A stretch of 64,000 nt of DNA from Lachnospiraceae bacterium (GCA_017474455.1 JAFVHP010000029.1:16942-80941), one strand, 5' to 3'. Positions 1-9,824 are shown, counted from the first letter of the stretch. Notes: generated by a model from the letters alone, not told the origin. Made by a program: numbers and translations.

Positions 1-741
1 TATGTGATCGATGATGCCGGGGACCATCTGGATCTTACCGGCGCGGCGCTTGCGGCAGGCAAAGGATATCCTCTGCCGGCCATCAGGAAAAGTATCCCGG
101 TATTTTCCTCCTGTGCGGGGGCAGCCCTCTACAGGGTGCGCTGTTTTGAGGAGATCGGCCTCTTTGACGAGCGGCATTTCTGTTATCTGGAGGATGTCGA
201 TATCGGCTGGAGGGCGCAGATATTCGGCTACCGCAGCCGCTGCAGGACAGATGCCGTCGTATATCATAAAGGAAGCGCATCCAGCGGTTCCAGGTACAAT
301 GTTTTCAAACAGGAACTTGCCGCAGCAAACAATTATTATATCCAGTATAAGAATATGCCTTTTCTGCAGTATATGCTGAATTGTCCGGCCATGGCCCTGG
401 GCAGGGCTGTGAAGAAGAGATATTTTGCCCAAAAAGGTCTCGAAGAGGCGTATAATAGAGGATTAAGCAGAGGAAAGCTTCTTGTCGCCGCAGCAAAAGC
501 GCAGCAGATGCAGGAAAAATACGGACTGCCAGTGGTAAAAGCCGATATTGCTTCCGAGGCCATGCTGGCCGGCAGGGAAGAACTGATCGGCAAAGAAGCG
601 GCGGACAGGCTGCGGGGTTTCAATCCTCTGTACAGAGGGACCAGAGTTCCCTTTATCCCCGGGAATCTGCCGAATTATTTCCGGATCCAGCTGATGATGG
701 TCCGCGGGACTCTTTTGAGGCTGAAAAAGGGAAAGATCTGA
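1..741 (+). CDS. Glycosyltransferase family 2 (5' truncated by window edge)
   Basis: Frame is open from base 1. GT2 C-terminal motifs CAGAALYR, GLFDERHFCYLEDVDIGWRA, VVYHKGSASSG. Confidence 0.85.
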   Translation, partial: YVIDDAGDHLDLTGAALAAGKGYPLPAIRKSIPVFSSCAGAALYRVRCFEEIGLFDERHFCYLEDVDIGWRAQIFGYRSRCRTDAVVYHKGSASSGSRYNVFKQELAAANNYYIQYKNMPFLQYMLNCPAMALGRAVKKRYFAQKGLEEAYNRGLSRGKLLVAAAKAQQMQEKYGLPVVKADIASEAMLAGREELIGKEAADRLRGFNPLYRGTRVPFIPGNLPNYFRIQLMMVRGTLLRLKKGKI

Positions 742-756
742 CGGAGCTGAAGAGCC

Positions 757-2181
757 ATGATCAAAGACAACCAGGTGATCTTCAACAGGCTGCACGTTTT
801 TCTGGATGCGATCGCCGTAGCGCTCAGCTTTGCGCTGGCTTTTATTATAAAATTCAAAACGCCGTTCGCGGAAACGGTTCCCGGGCAGACCGCTCTTTCA
901 ACAGGGGTCTATTTCTCGTCGCTCTATTTCTTTATCCCGCTTTATCTTATCCTGTATTCGGCTAACAGCCTTTATACGTCAAAACGTGTTAAAAGGATAC
1001 GGACAGAAGTGGCCGAGATCGTCAGGGCCAATACGATCGGTGTCGCCATAATCATCATTGCGCTGTTCATGATCAGTTCCGCCAATGAGATGTACGTCAA
1101 TTATTCGAGATCGCTGATCTTCATTTTCTATGCGGTCAATATCGTCGTTACGACGGCGTACCGGTATTTTATCCGCAGGCTCCTCTATTACTTCCGCAGA
1201 AAAGGCAACAATCTTAAGCATATTCTCCTGGTCGGTTATTCCAGGGCGGCGGAAGCGTACATCGACAGACTCTATGCCAATGCCCAGTGGGGCTATGTAT
1301 GCCACGGGATCCTTGACGACCATGTTCCGATCGGGACTATCTATAAGGGCGTCAAAGTCCTTGGCACGATAGGCAATCTCGAATATATCCTGCCGGAGAA
1401 CAAAATGGATGAGATCGCCATCACCCTGTCTCTTTCCGACTACGACCAGCTGGAAGAGATCGTTGCGATGTGCGAGAAGTCCGGTGTACATACCAAATTC
1501 ATACCCGATTACAATTCGCTCTTCCCCAGCAATCCCTATACAGAGGACCTGATGGGCCTGCCGCTGATCAATATCCGCTACCTGCCCCTTTCCAATTCGT
1601 TCAACGCGTTCATCAAGCGTCTCTTTGATATCGTGGGATCACTTCTGGCCATCATCATCTTTTCGCCGGTGATGCTGGCGGCTGTGATCGGTATCAGGCT
1701 TTCGGGAAAGGGCCCGGTCATTTTCAAGCAGACACGTATCGGCAGGCATTCAAAGCCGTTCACCATGTACAAGTTCAGGTCAATGGTCATGCAGACCGAA
1801 GAAGACGAGAAAAAGGCCTGGACTACCAAAGAAGATGCCAGGGTCACTCCTTTCGGCAGATTTATCCGCAGGACGAGTATCGACGAAATGCCGCAGTTCT
1901 TCAACGTCCTGATCGGCAATATGAGCCTGGTGGGTCCGAGGCCCGAACGGCCGCAGTTCGTTGAAAAATTCAAGGAAGAGATCCCGAGATATATGGTCAA
2001 GCACCAGGTCCGCCCCGGCATTACCGGGTGGGCGCAGATCAACGGCTACCGCGGGGATACGTCCATCCGCAAACGGATAGAATATGATCTGTATTATATC
2101 GAGAACTGGAGTTTCGGTTTTGACCTCAAAATACTGTTTCTGACCGTATTCAAAGGGTTTATCAACAAGAATGCCTATTAA
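757..2181 (+). CDS. Undecaprenyl-phosphate glucose phosphotransferase (WcaJ/CpsE-type priming glycosyltransferase)
   Basis: N-terminal TM helices, CoA-binding-like middle domain, bacterial sugar transferase motifs KRLFDIVGS, YKFRSM, DEMPQFFNVLIGNMSLVGPRPE, RPGITGWAQINGYRG. Confidence 0.93.
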   Translation: MIKDNQVIFNRLHVFLDAIAVALSFALAFIIKFKTPFAETVPGQTALSTGVYFSSLYFFIPLYLILYSANSLYTSKRVKRIRTEVAEIVRANTIGVAIIIIALFMISSANEMYVNYSRSLIFIFYAVNIVVTTAYRYFIRRLLYYFRRKGNNLKHILLVGYSRAAEAYIDRLYANAQWGYVCHGILDDHVPIGTIYKGVKVLGTIGNLEYILPENKMDEIAITLSLSDYDQLEEIVAMCEKSGVHTKFIPDYNSLFPSNPYTEDLMGLPLINIRYLPLSNSFNAFIKRLFDIVGSLLAIIIFSPVMLAAVIGIRLSGKGPVIFKQTRIGRHSKPFTMYKFRSMVMQTEEDEKKAWTTKEDARVTPFGRFIRRTSIDEMPQFFNVLIGNMSLVGPRPERPQFVEKFKEEIPRYMVKHQVRPGITGWAQINGYRGDTSIRKRIEYDLYYIENWSFGFDLKILFLTVFKGFINKNAY

Positions 2182-3202
2182 TGCCCCCGTCACAGATGCG
2201 CGCATAGATGCATGCATACCCTCTTTCCATCCCGGCCGCAGTCTGATGGAACTGCTGGACCTTCTGCATGTGCAGAAAAGGGCCCTTCGGAAGATACTGC
2301 TCGTGCAGACCGGCAGGGAAGGACTGGACGAGCTTCTGAAGAGAGAGGGAATGGATACGGACAGTTTCCTTGCGAAGTACCCGCTGGTGACGTTACGGTA
2401 TATCGGGGAGGATGAATTCGATCACGGCGCCACCAGGGATATGGCGATGCAGCTCCTTTGCGACGCGGAGTATGTCCTGATGATGACGGAAGACGCCGTT
2501 CCGTACGATGATGAGCTGACAGAGCGGCTGCTGTCCGGGTTTTATGCCCATCCGGAAAAAACCGGTGTCCGCAATGAAAAGACGGCTGCCGTTTATGCGA
2601 GGCAGATCGCCCGGCCGGAGGCAGGTGAGGCGGAAAAGTACACCCGGATGTTCAACTATCCGGAGGAGCCGAGGCTCAAAGGCCTGGACGATGTTCCCGA
2701 ACTGGGGATAAAGACGTTTTTCTGTTCCAATGTCTGTGCCATGTACAGGCGTGACATTTATGATATTGCAGGCGGTTTCCCGAAGGGGACGCCTTTCAAC
2801 GAGGATATGATCTACGCGGGACATGCCGTTTCCGCAGGTTATCTGATATACTATGCTGCAGACGCTGTGGTCATCCATTCCCATGACTATACCGCAGCGC
2901 AGCAGTTTCGCAGAAATTTTGACCTCGGCGCCTCGCAGGCTGACCATCCCGAAGTGTTCGGCAGCGTCTCCTCCCAGGGGGAAGGCATGAAGCTGGTCGT
3001 TGCTGCTGCAGGGCATCTGCTCAAGAAAGGCAGGATAAAGGAACTGTTTCATTTCGCTGCCGGCTGTGCGGGAAGATACCTGGGATATAAAAAAGGGAAA
3101 AACTATAAAGAACTGTCACAGGAGAAGATCCTGAAGTATACGATGAACAGAGTGTACTGGACTAGGCGGTTCGCAGGAGGACGATTTGGAGATCAGAGTT
3201 GA
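2171..3202 (+). CDS. Glycosyltransferase family 2 (rhamnosyltransferase-like)
   Basis: IDACIPSF, FDHGATR, MTEDAVP (DxD-like), FNEDMIYA, VIHSHDY. Overlaps the upstream stop codon. Confidence 0.85.
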   Translation: MPINAPVTDARIDACIPSFHPGRSLMELLDLLHVQKRALRKILLVQTGREGLDELLKREGMDTDSFLAKYPLVTLRYIGEDEFDHGATRDMAMQLLCDAEYVLMMTEDAVPYDDELTERLLSGFYAHPEKTGVRNEKTAAVYARQIARPEAGEAEKYTRMFNYPEEPRLKGLDDVPELGIKTFFCSNVCAMYRRDIYDIAGGFPKGTPFNEDMIYAGHAVSAGYLIYYAADAVVIHSHDYTAAQQFRRNFDLGASQADHPEVFGSVSSQGEGMKLVVAAAGHLLKKGRIKELFHFAAGCAGRYLGYKKGKNYKELSQEKILKYTMNRVYWTRRFAGGRFGDQS

Positions 3203-3812
3203 AAACGAAGGCGCTGAAAGCTATGAGGAGGTAATGCTCATCTACGCTTCCGCACTGAAGCAGATCAGCACAAAGCTGACGGTCCTGAACGACGAGTTCC
3301 AGCTGGTGCACAGGTATAATCCCATCGAGCATATAAAATCAAGGGTAAAATCATCCCCGAGCATCGTGAAAAAGCTTAAACGGCACGGATATGAATCCAC
3401 CCTTGCCAATATGGTAAAATATGTGGACGACATCGCCGGCATCAGGGTCATCTGCTCCTTCAGATCCGATATTTACAGAATAGCGGATATGATCAGTTCA
3501 CAGGATGATATAAAGGTTCTGGCCATCAAGGATTATATCGAGAAGCCCAAGGACTCCGGTTATGAGAGCTATCATATGCTGGTCATGATTCCCGTATATC
3601 TTTCGGACCGGATCATCGATACCAAGGTGGAGATCCAGATCAGGACGATAGCAATGGATTTCTGGGCGTCCCTTGAGCATAAGATCCAGTATAAATTCCC
3701 CGGCGAGGTACCGGCGGGGTTTTCCGAAGAACTTCTGGAATGCGCCAGGATGGTATCGGAACTGGACACCAGGATGATGCTCCTCAACAACGAGATCCAG
3801 GAACTGGTCTGA
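3186..3812 (+). CDS. Small alarmone synthetase (RelA/SpoT domain, RelP/RelQ-like GTP pyrophosphokinase)
   Basis: TTG start. Motifs SRVKS, DDIAGIRVIC, KDYIEKPKDSGYESYH, VEIQIRTIAMDFWASLEHKIQYK. Confidence 0.92.
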   Translation: MEIRVENEGAESYEEVMLIYASALKQISTKLTVLNDEFQLVHRYNPIEHIKSRVKSSPSIVKKLKRHGYESTLANMVKYVDDIAGIRVICSFRSDIYRIADMISSQDDIKVLAIKDYIEKPKDSGYESYHMLVMIPVYLSDRIIDTKVEIQIRTIAMDFWASLEHKIQYKFPGEVPAGFSEELLECARMVSELDTRMMLLNNEIQELV

Positions 3813-4034
3813 AAATGAGGAGTGCCCGGACAGGTTTCCCCGCCCGGGCAATTATGAAAAAAATCTATAATCATCGGCTGTCTTTATCTTTAACTATATG
3901 GTAAATGATAAGTATGAATTAATTGTGAACATACGATAAAAATATAGTTAATTGTGATGGTTTTGGAAACCGGGACAGCAGGATATTTGAGAATAGTGCA
4001 CAAAATATCAGTGTCACGGAACAGGAGAGGGAAC

Positions 4035-4574
4035 ATGCAGGCTGAACAGATGTATGCGGATTTCTTTAAAAATGCGGATGAAATGATCAAAGCCAACGGG
4101 GCTGCGGAAGCGGCAAGGAGCGAGGCGCTCGGGCAGATCATTGCGAACGGCGCCGATAAACTGGACGCAGCAGCCGAAAAAGCCGGTACTGAGAGAAAAG
4201 CGATGGAGGAAAACCTCTCCCGTGCGATAAAAGGTACGGCAGAGGATATCCTGAAAAAGGTCTCGGAATCGGATGCGTACAGCCACCAGGATGCGGTCAG
4301 GGTCTATAAAAATGTGCAGGCTTCCATGATCGAGGAACTGGGAAAACAGACTCTCGAACTGAAAGCCGAGATAGAAGAACTGAGGGCTGAACTGTCCATG
4401 GCCGTTAAAAAGACGGCTGAACTTGAAAATGAAAAACTGGGCCGCAGACTGGGAATTCCCGTCCGGATCCTTATCGTTCTTTCCGCTGCCATGATCATAC
4501 TCGAGATCCTCAATATGGCAGGGGTATTCACTATCTTCAGCGATTATCTGCATCTGATATCTGCCGGTCTATGA
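4035..4574 (+). CDS. Hypothetical coiled-coil protein with C-terminal TM helix
   Basis: RBS GGAGAGGG before ATG 4035. A/E/K-rich heptad-like body, hydrophobic ILIVLSAAMIILEILNMAGVF. ATGA overlap with the next gene. Confidence 0.7.
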   Translation: MQAEQMYADFFKNADEMIKANGAAEAARSEALGQIIANGADKLDAAAEKAGTERKAMEENLSRAIKGTAEDILKKVSESDAYSHQDAVRVYKNVQASMIEELGKQTLELKAEIEELRAELSMAVKKTAELENEKLGRRLGIPVRILIVLSAAMIILEILNMAGVFTIFSDYLHLISAGL

Positions 4575-6130
4575 AACGTCTTTTAAGGTTTATTACCGTA
4601 ATGGGGGCTCTTGCCTATCTGAGCCTCCTGTTATTTATGCCATCGCTGGACCTGAAAACATCGAACGAAGACAATTATTTCGAAGTTTTCCTGAACGGGT
4701 CACCGGTCGGTCTGTCCGATTCCGAAGAAAGTGCCAGGGCCTGTCTGCGCTCTGCCAGGAGAAACGCCGCTTTCGGATCGGATCACCTGGCCTTTGCCAA
4801 AGCGGAGCTTTCTTTTTCCGGCGAAGCTGTCATTTTCGGGGAAGTAACGCCGCAGGATGAAATGACGGAAGCAATGACCAGCGTCCTTCTGCAGAATGAG
4901 CAGGAAACGCTGTCCCATTGTTATACGGTCAAGATCGGCACATACCTGTACAATCTCCCGTCAAGGGATGCGGTGGACGAACTCCTGGCCATGGTCATCG
5001 CGCGGTTCGATCCGAAAGGAGAGTATGTCGTCAGACTGATCCCGGATGAGGACAGGGAATTGTATGTACTGACACCGGAAGTGGTACCGGTAAATGTGCA
5101 TGAGATGAGACAGGAAAGGGCCGAACAGCTGCCGATGGCCGGCGTCGATGCGGTCCTGTGGGATATCCTGACAGAAGTGCGCGCAGCGGAAAATACGGAT
5201 TTTGATGATTTCGAAGAGAGTCTCGTCGATCTCACCCTGGTGCAGACCATCGAGGTAGCGGAATCGTACGTGCCGCAGGAGAGGATCCTCCGGGTAGAAG
5301 ACGTCTATGCCGATATTACCAGGGATGAAGAAGAGAATGCTGTATATGAAGTCAGGGCGGGTGATACGCTCTCTGAGATAGCGGAGAATTTCGGACTGTC
5401 GCTGGACGGGCTGATCGCGATCAATTCAAACCTGACCGATGCCTCCTCCCTGATCCGTCCCGGCGACAAGCTTACCGTTACCGTGGCCAGGCCGGTCCTG
5501 TCGGTAAAGACCGTTGTGCAGCAGTATTATGAAGAGGATTACCAGGCGGATGTCATCTACAAGGATAACGACACCTGGTACACGAACAGGCAGGAAGTGA
5601 TCCAGGAAGCATCCACTGGACACAGGCGTGTCATAGCCGATGTCACTTATCTTGACAGTGTATCCCAGGGGGCTGATATCGTAAGAGAGGAAGTGGTCGC
5701 GGCCGCGGTGCCGAAGATCATTGAAAGAGGCACAGTGCCCCCTCCGACATATATCTGGCCGACTTCCGGAGGACGCATCTCATCCGGCTTCGGCAGGCGC
5801 AATGCTCCGAAAGCCGGTGCAAGTACGTACCATCAGGGACTGGATATAGCCGTTTCCACAGGCACAGCTGTATGGGCCAGCAGCGGCGGAACCGTCACAC
5901 TGGCCGGATGGCAGGGCGGATACGGCAATGTGATCTACATCCAGCATCCCGACGGCAGGGTGACCAGATACGGGCACTTAAGCCGTATCGAGGTATCCCC
6001 CGGACAGAAAGTTTCGCAGGGACAGAGGATCGCGCTTTCCGGCAACACCGGCAACAGTACGGGGCCGCACCTGCATTTTGAGATACGGATAAACGGCAAT
6101 GCCGTCAACCCGTTGGACTACCTAAATTGA
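4571..6130 (+). CDS. Peptidoglycan endopeptidase, LysM + G5 + M23 domains
   Basis: N-terminal TM/signal, LysM (YEVRAGDTLSEIAENFGL), G5-like segment ending IIERGT, M23 motifs HQGLD and HLHFEIR. Confidence 0.92.
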   Translation: MKRLLRFITVMGALAYLSLLLFMPSLDLKTSNEDNYFEVFLNGSPVGLSDSEESARACLRSARRNAAFGSDHLAFAKAELSFSGEAVIFGEVTPQDEMTEAMTSVLLQNEQETLSHCYTVKIGTYLYNLPSRDAVDELLAMVIARFDPKGEYVVRLIPDEDRELYVLTPEVVPVNVHEMRQERAEQLPMAGVDAVLWDILTEVRAAENTDFDDFEESLVDLTLVQTIEVAESYVPQERILRVEDVYADITRDEEENAVYEVRAGDTLSEIAENFGLSLDGLIAINSNLTDASSLIRPGDKLTVTVARPVLSVKTVVQQYYEEDYQADVIYKDNDTWYTNRQEVIQEASTGHRRVIADVTYLDSVSQGADIVREEVVAAAVPKIIERGTVPPPTYIWPTSGGRISSGFGRRNAPKAGASTYHQGLDIAVSTGTAVWASSGGTVTLAGWQGGYGNVIYIQHPDGRVTRYGHLSRIEVSPGQKVSQGQRIALSGNTGNSTGPHLHFEIRINGNAVNPLDYLN

Positions 6131-6219
6131 CAGATACAAGATATTGATTTATCCTTAATCCGTATATGGTCCGGATCAGGATACATATATGATTTGATTC
6201 TGAGCCACATGGAGGCTGC

Positions 6220-7524
6220 ATGGAGCATTATATAGTGCAGGGCGGAAATCCCTTAAGCGGTGAAGTTGAGATTTCCGGAGCGAAGAATGCCGCGCTTGCG
6301 ATACTGGCCGCGTCGATAATGGCCGATGAGACAGTCATTATCGAAAATGTACCCGATGTCAGCGATATCAGGGTACTGGTGGAAGCAATACAGAGTATCG
6401 GAGCCGTCGTAGAACACCCTGACCGGCATATATACCATATCAACGGTGCGCTTATCCGCGACCTTCCCGTAGACAATGAGCTTGTCCGCCGGATCCGCGG
6501 CTCTTATTATATGATCGGCGCGCTTCTGGGCAAGTATAAAAGGGCGCAGGTCGCACTGCCCGGCGGCTGTGCCATCGGCCTTCGTCCCATCGACCAGCAT
6601 ATCAAGGGTTTCCGCGCGCTCGGTGCAAAGATCAGACTGGAAAACGGAATGGTCGTAGCCGAAGCGGAAAATCTCCACGGTGCGCATATTTACATGGACG
6701 TCGTTTCTGTCGGCGCCACCATCAATATCATGATGGCGGCAAGTATGGCAAGGGGGACGACTATCATCGAGAACGCAGCCAAGGAGCCGCACGTCGTTGA
6801 TCTGGCCAACTTCCTCGGCAGTATGGGGGCAAAGATAAAGGGGGCCGGTACCGATGTGATCAGGATCCATGGCGTGGAGCATCTGCATAAGACGGATTAT
6901 GTGATCATTCCGGACCAGATCGAAGCCGGCACATATATGTTCGCAGCCGCCGCTACCCGCGGCGACGTCACGATCACCAATATCATACCCAAGCACATGG
7001 AGTCGATCTCGGCCAAGCTTTCAGAGATCGGCTGTGAAATAAAGGAATCGGACGATGCTATCCGCATCGTTGCGTCCAGGCGCCTTCAGGCGACGAATGT
7101 AAAAACACTTCCTTATCCGGGCTTCCCGACGGATATGCAGCCGCAGATAGCGGTCCTTCTGGGCCTTTCCTCCGGAACCAGTATCGTTACGGAAGGCATT
7201 TTCGAGAACCGTTTCAAATATGTCGATGAAATGACCAAGATGGGTGCGCATATCACTGTGGAAAGTTCCACTGCCATTATCGACGGAGTGCAGTCCTACA
7301 GCGGTGCGTCACTGTATGCGCCGGACTTGAGGGCAGGAGCGGCGCTCGTCATGGCTGCGCTCGCAGCCAACGGCATTTCCAGGATATACAACATCCATTA
7401 TATTGAACGCGGATACGAGGATTTCCCCGATAAGATCCGTTCTCTCGGCGGTGAAATGGTCAAGGTCAACGACGGCGCCGAAGACAGCGATGCGATGCGG
7501 AGAATGATGCTGAAAGTCATCTGA
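6220..7524 (+). CDS. murA: UDP-N-acetylglucosamine 1-carboxyvinyltransferase
   Basis: GAKNAAL, LPGGCAIGLRPIDQH (catalytic Cys), SVGAT, YPGFPTDMQPQ, DLRAGAAL, RGYE. RBS GGAGG. Confidence 0.96.
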   Translation: MEHYIVQGGNPLSGEVEISGAKNAALAILAASIMADETVIIENVPDVSDIRVLVEAIQSIGAVVEHPDRHIYHINGALIRDLPVDNELVRRIRGSYYMIGALLGKYKRAQVALPGGCAIGLRPIDQHIKGFRALGAKIRLENGMVVAEAENLHGAHIYMDVVSVGATINIMMAASMARGTTIIENAAKEPHVVDLANFLGSMGAKIKGAGTDVIRIHGVEHLHKTDYVIIPDQIEAGTYMFAAAATRGDVTITNIIPKHMESISAKLSEIGCEIKESDDAIRIVASRRLQATNVKTLPYPGFPTDMQPQIAVLLGLSSGTSIVTEGIFENRFKYVDEMTKMGAHITVESSTAIIDGVQSYSGASLYAPDLRAGAALVMAALAANGISRIYNIHYIERGYEDFPDKIRSLGGEMVKVNDGAEDSDAMRRMMLKVI

Positions 7525-7563
7525 TAACGGCAGCTGCTGCAGCCGTCAGGAAAAGAGGTCGTT

Positions 7564-8337
7564 ATGCGAGCCAGGAATGCGGTACAGCTCTACAGTTTCC
7601 GGAACAATCCCAAAGAAGATTTCCCCGAACTTTTGAAACGGATCAGGTCCATGGGTTTTGAAGGCGTGGAGTTTGCCGGTTATTACGGTTATTCCATGCA
7701 GGAGATCCGGTCATTTCTTGAGGACGCCGGCCTTATCGCACAAGGCGCCCACATTTCCTATGAAAGCTTAAAAGAAGATCTGGATAATACGATCGAACAG
7801 AGTATATATCTGTCCCAGAGTTACATCATCTGCCCGCATCTGGAACCGGAATACAGGAAGGATCTGGATGCTGTCCTGCGCGTCGCGGAAGATTTTGCTT
7901 CTATCGGGGAAAAGGTAAAGGAAGCCGGCCTGACCTTCGGATTCCATACGGAGTATTACCATTTTGATTCTTTTGGCGGACGCATGCTGTCCGAGATCAT
8001 TCTGGATGAAACGGATCCGGAAACGGTGAAAATACAGCTGGATACCGGCAACGGTGAGATCTCCGGCAATATGCGCTGTCTTCCGTTCATGGATAAGTAC
8101 CCTGACAGATGCGAACTGCTGCATATCAAGGACTATAAGGCGGTCGGAGATGACGAGCCGGTCGCGGTGGGCGACGGGGTGCTGGACCTTGTTCCGGTCA
8201 TCATGAAAGGAAACGCCCTGGGATGCACCTGGTATACGGTCGAATATGAGGGAGAGGAAAACGACGTTTCTCCTGCCGTAGCCCGCAGTATCAAAGCGCT
8301 TCTGGATGCGGAAGCCGCAGCGGCTTCCGGACAGTAA
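7564..8337 (+). CDS. Sugar phosphate isomerase/epimerase (xylose-isomerase-like TIM barrel)
   Basis: AVQLYS, GFEGVEFAG, GFHTE, IQLDTG, LHIKD, G.G.LD, YTVEYE. Confidence 0.85.
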   Translation: MRARNAVQLYSFRNNPKEDFPELLKRIRSMGFEGVEFAGYYGYSMQEIRSFLEDAGLIAQGAHISYESLKEDLDNTIEQSIYLSQSYIICPHLEPEYRKDLDAVLRVAEDFASIGEKVKEAGLTFGFHTEYYHFDSFGGRMLSEIILDETDPETVKIQLDTGNGEISGNMRCLPFMDKYPDRCELLHIKDYKAVGDDEPVAVGDGVLDLVPVIMKGNALGCTWYTVEYEGEENDVSPAVARSIKALLDAEAAAASGQ

Positions 8338-8362
8338 GGGTAAGGTCACTGTCCGCAAAGTG

Positions 8363-8391
8363 TTTACATCTTCTGCGGATTGGTATAGAAT
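8363..8391 (+). promoter_or_regulatory. Putative sigma-A promoter for the FMN riboswitch/ribU transcript
   Basis: TTTACA-N17-TAGAAT just upstream of the riboswitch. Confidence 0.55.
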
Positions 8392-8426
8392 TCCTTCTTG
8401 GATGCAGTAAAACTTAATATTCACAG

Positions 8427-8570
8427 AATTGTTTTTTCGGGGCAGGGTGTGATTCCCTACTGGCGGTACAGTCCGCGACCCGCGCAAGCGGTGGATCCGG
8501 TTGGATTCCGGAACCAACAGTGAAAGAAGACGGCGATGACCGTCCTCTTAAGTCTGGATGGAAGAATAAG
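8427..8570 (+). ncRNA. FMN riboswitch (RFN element)
   Basis: Conserved blocks TTCGGGGCAGGGTG..ATTCCCTACTGGCGGTA.AGTCCGCGA..GGATCCGG..ATTCCGGAACCAACAGT..AGTCTGGATGGAAGAA, upstream of an ECF S component. Confidence 0.95.
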
Positions 8571-8602
8571 CAATGCAGAACGACATTTTTCAGCGTTAAC
8601 AT

Positions 8603-8635
8603 ATGTCCCGGTCCTTAACAGGAACGGGCATTTTT
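8603..8635 (+). terminator. Riboswitch-associated intrinsic terminator
   Basis: ATGTCCCG.TCCT-taac-AGGA.CGGGCAT followed by a T-run, between aptamer and ribU. Confidence 0.75.
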
Positions 8636-8705
8636 ATGTCTGTAAAAAAGCCGTACTTCGAAGAAACGAAAGAAGTGGATCATTGAAAACGGAGGTGTTT
8701 GTGTT

Positions 8706-9431
8706 ATGAAAGGCTTTTTTGCAGCTGTTGGCCAGAACCTGAGTTTCGTCGGTGTTTCTCTTGTTATCATTGCCGTCATGATCGCTGTGGCGTACCTGAT
8801 CGAACGCGCCGCCAGAAAAAAGAACGGAAGCACGGAGCGGATCCTCTCCACCCGCAAGATCGTGATCATCGCGATGTTTTCGGCTATTTCCGGTATCCTG
8901 TACTGTTTTGATTTCTCGATCCCCGTTATCGCTCCGGAGTTCTATAAGCTTGATTTCTCGGAACTTCCGGCACTGATCGCAGGATTCGCCTTCGGCCCGG
9001 TAGCGGGCGTGCTGGTCGAATTCCTGAAGGTTTTGATCAAACTGCTGATCAAGTCGACTTCAACAGCTTTTGTGGGCGACCTTGCCAATTTCCTGATCGG
9101 CTGTATGCTCGTTCTCCCTGCCGCTGCCATTTACGCGTTTAAGAAAACGAAGAAAAGGGCGATCATCGGCTGCGCTGTCGGTACAGCCTGCATGACGGTA
9201 TTCGGGACCTGGTTCAACGCGGTCTATCTGCTGCCGACGTTCGCCGTGCTGTTCCATCTGCCGCTGGACCAGATCCTGCTCATGGGACAGGCGATCAACC
9301 CGAAAGTCACGTCCCTCACGAGTTTTGTGGTGCTTATGGTGGCACCGATCAATCTGATCAAGGGAGTAGGCGTTTCCATACTGACATTGCTGGTCTATAA
9401 ACGGCTTAGTCCCGTTTTGAAGCATCGTTAA
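8706..9431 (+). CDS. ribU: ECF transporter S component, riboflavin (RibU-like)
   Basis: KLDFSELPALIAGFAFGPVAG, STAFVGDLANF, FNLIKG-like motif. Controlled by an FMN riboswitch. Confidence 0.88.
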   Translation: MKGFFAAVGQNLSFVGVSLVIIAVMIAVAYLIERAARKKNGSTERILSTRKIVIIAMFSAISGILYCFDFSIPVIAPEFYKLDFSELPALIAGFAFGPVAGVLVEFLKVLIKLLIKSTSTAFVGDLANFLIGCMLVLPAAAIYAFKKTKKRAIIGCAVGTACMTVFGTWFNAVYLLPTFAVLFHLPLDQILLMGQAINPKVTSLTSFVVLMVAPINLIKGVGVSILTLLVYKRLSPVLKHR

Positions 9432-9455
9432 GATCGTTGAAAGGAGAGAGGTATT

Positions 9456-9824
9456 ATGGCATTTGAAATGGATCATTTTAATTACCATGTCACGGACATG
9501 AAACGCTCAGTGGAATTCTACGAAAAAGCGCTGGGAATGAAAGTTATACGTGAAATGGGCTCGCCGGAGGGACCGGTTCATTTTTCCATGATGGGCTACG
9601 AAGATCAGAGAGTGCTGCTTGAGCTTATGTGGGAAGCATCCCATACCGGCGCGTATGATACCGGGGACAGATCCTATCATTTCTGCGTCCTGACCGATGA
9701 TATCGAAAACGCGCTCATGCTGCACCGCAGCATGGGATGCATCCATGAGGAAAGACCCGGAGGAAACTGTCATTTCATCAAGGATCCGGACGGTTATCTG
9801 ATCGAGATCATGAAAAAAAGATGA
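9456..9824 (+). CDS. VOC family protein (glyoxalase/lactoylglutathione lyase-like)
   Basis: DHFNYHVTDMKRSVEFYEKALGM, HFCV, FIKDPDGYLIEI. Confidence 0.85.
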   Translation: MAFEMDHFNYHVTDMKRSVEFYEKALGMKVIREMGSPEGPVHFSMMGYEDQRVLLELMWEASHTGAYDTGDRSYHFCVLTDDIENALMLHRSMGCIHEERPGGNCHFIKDPDGYLIEIMKKR

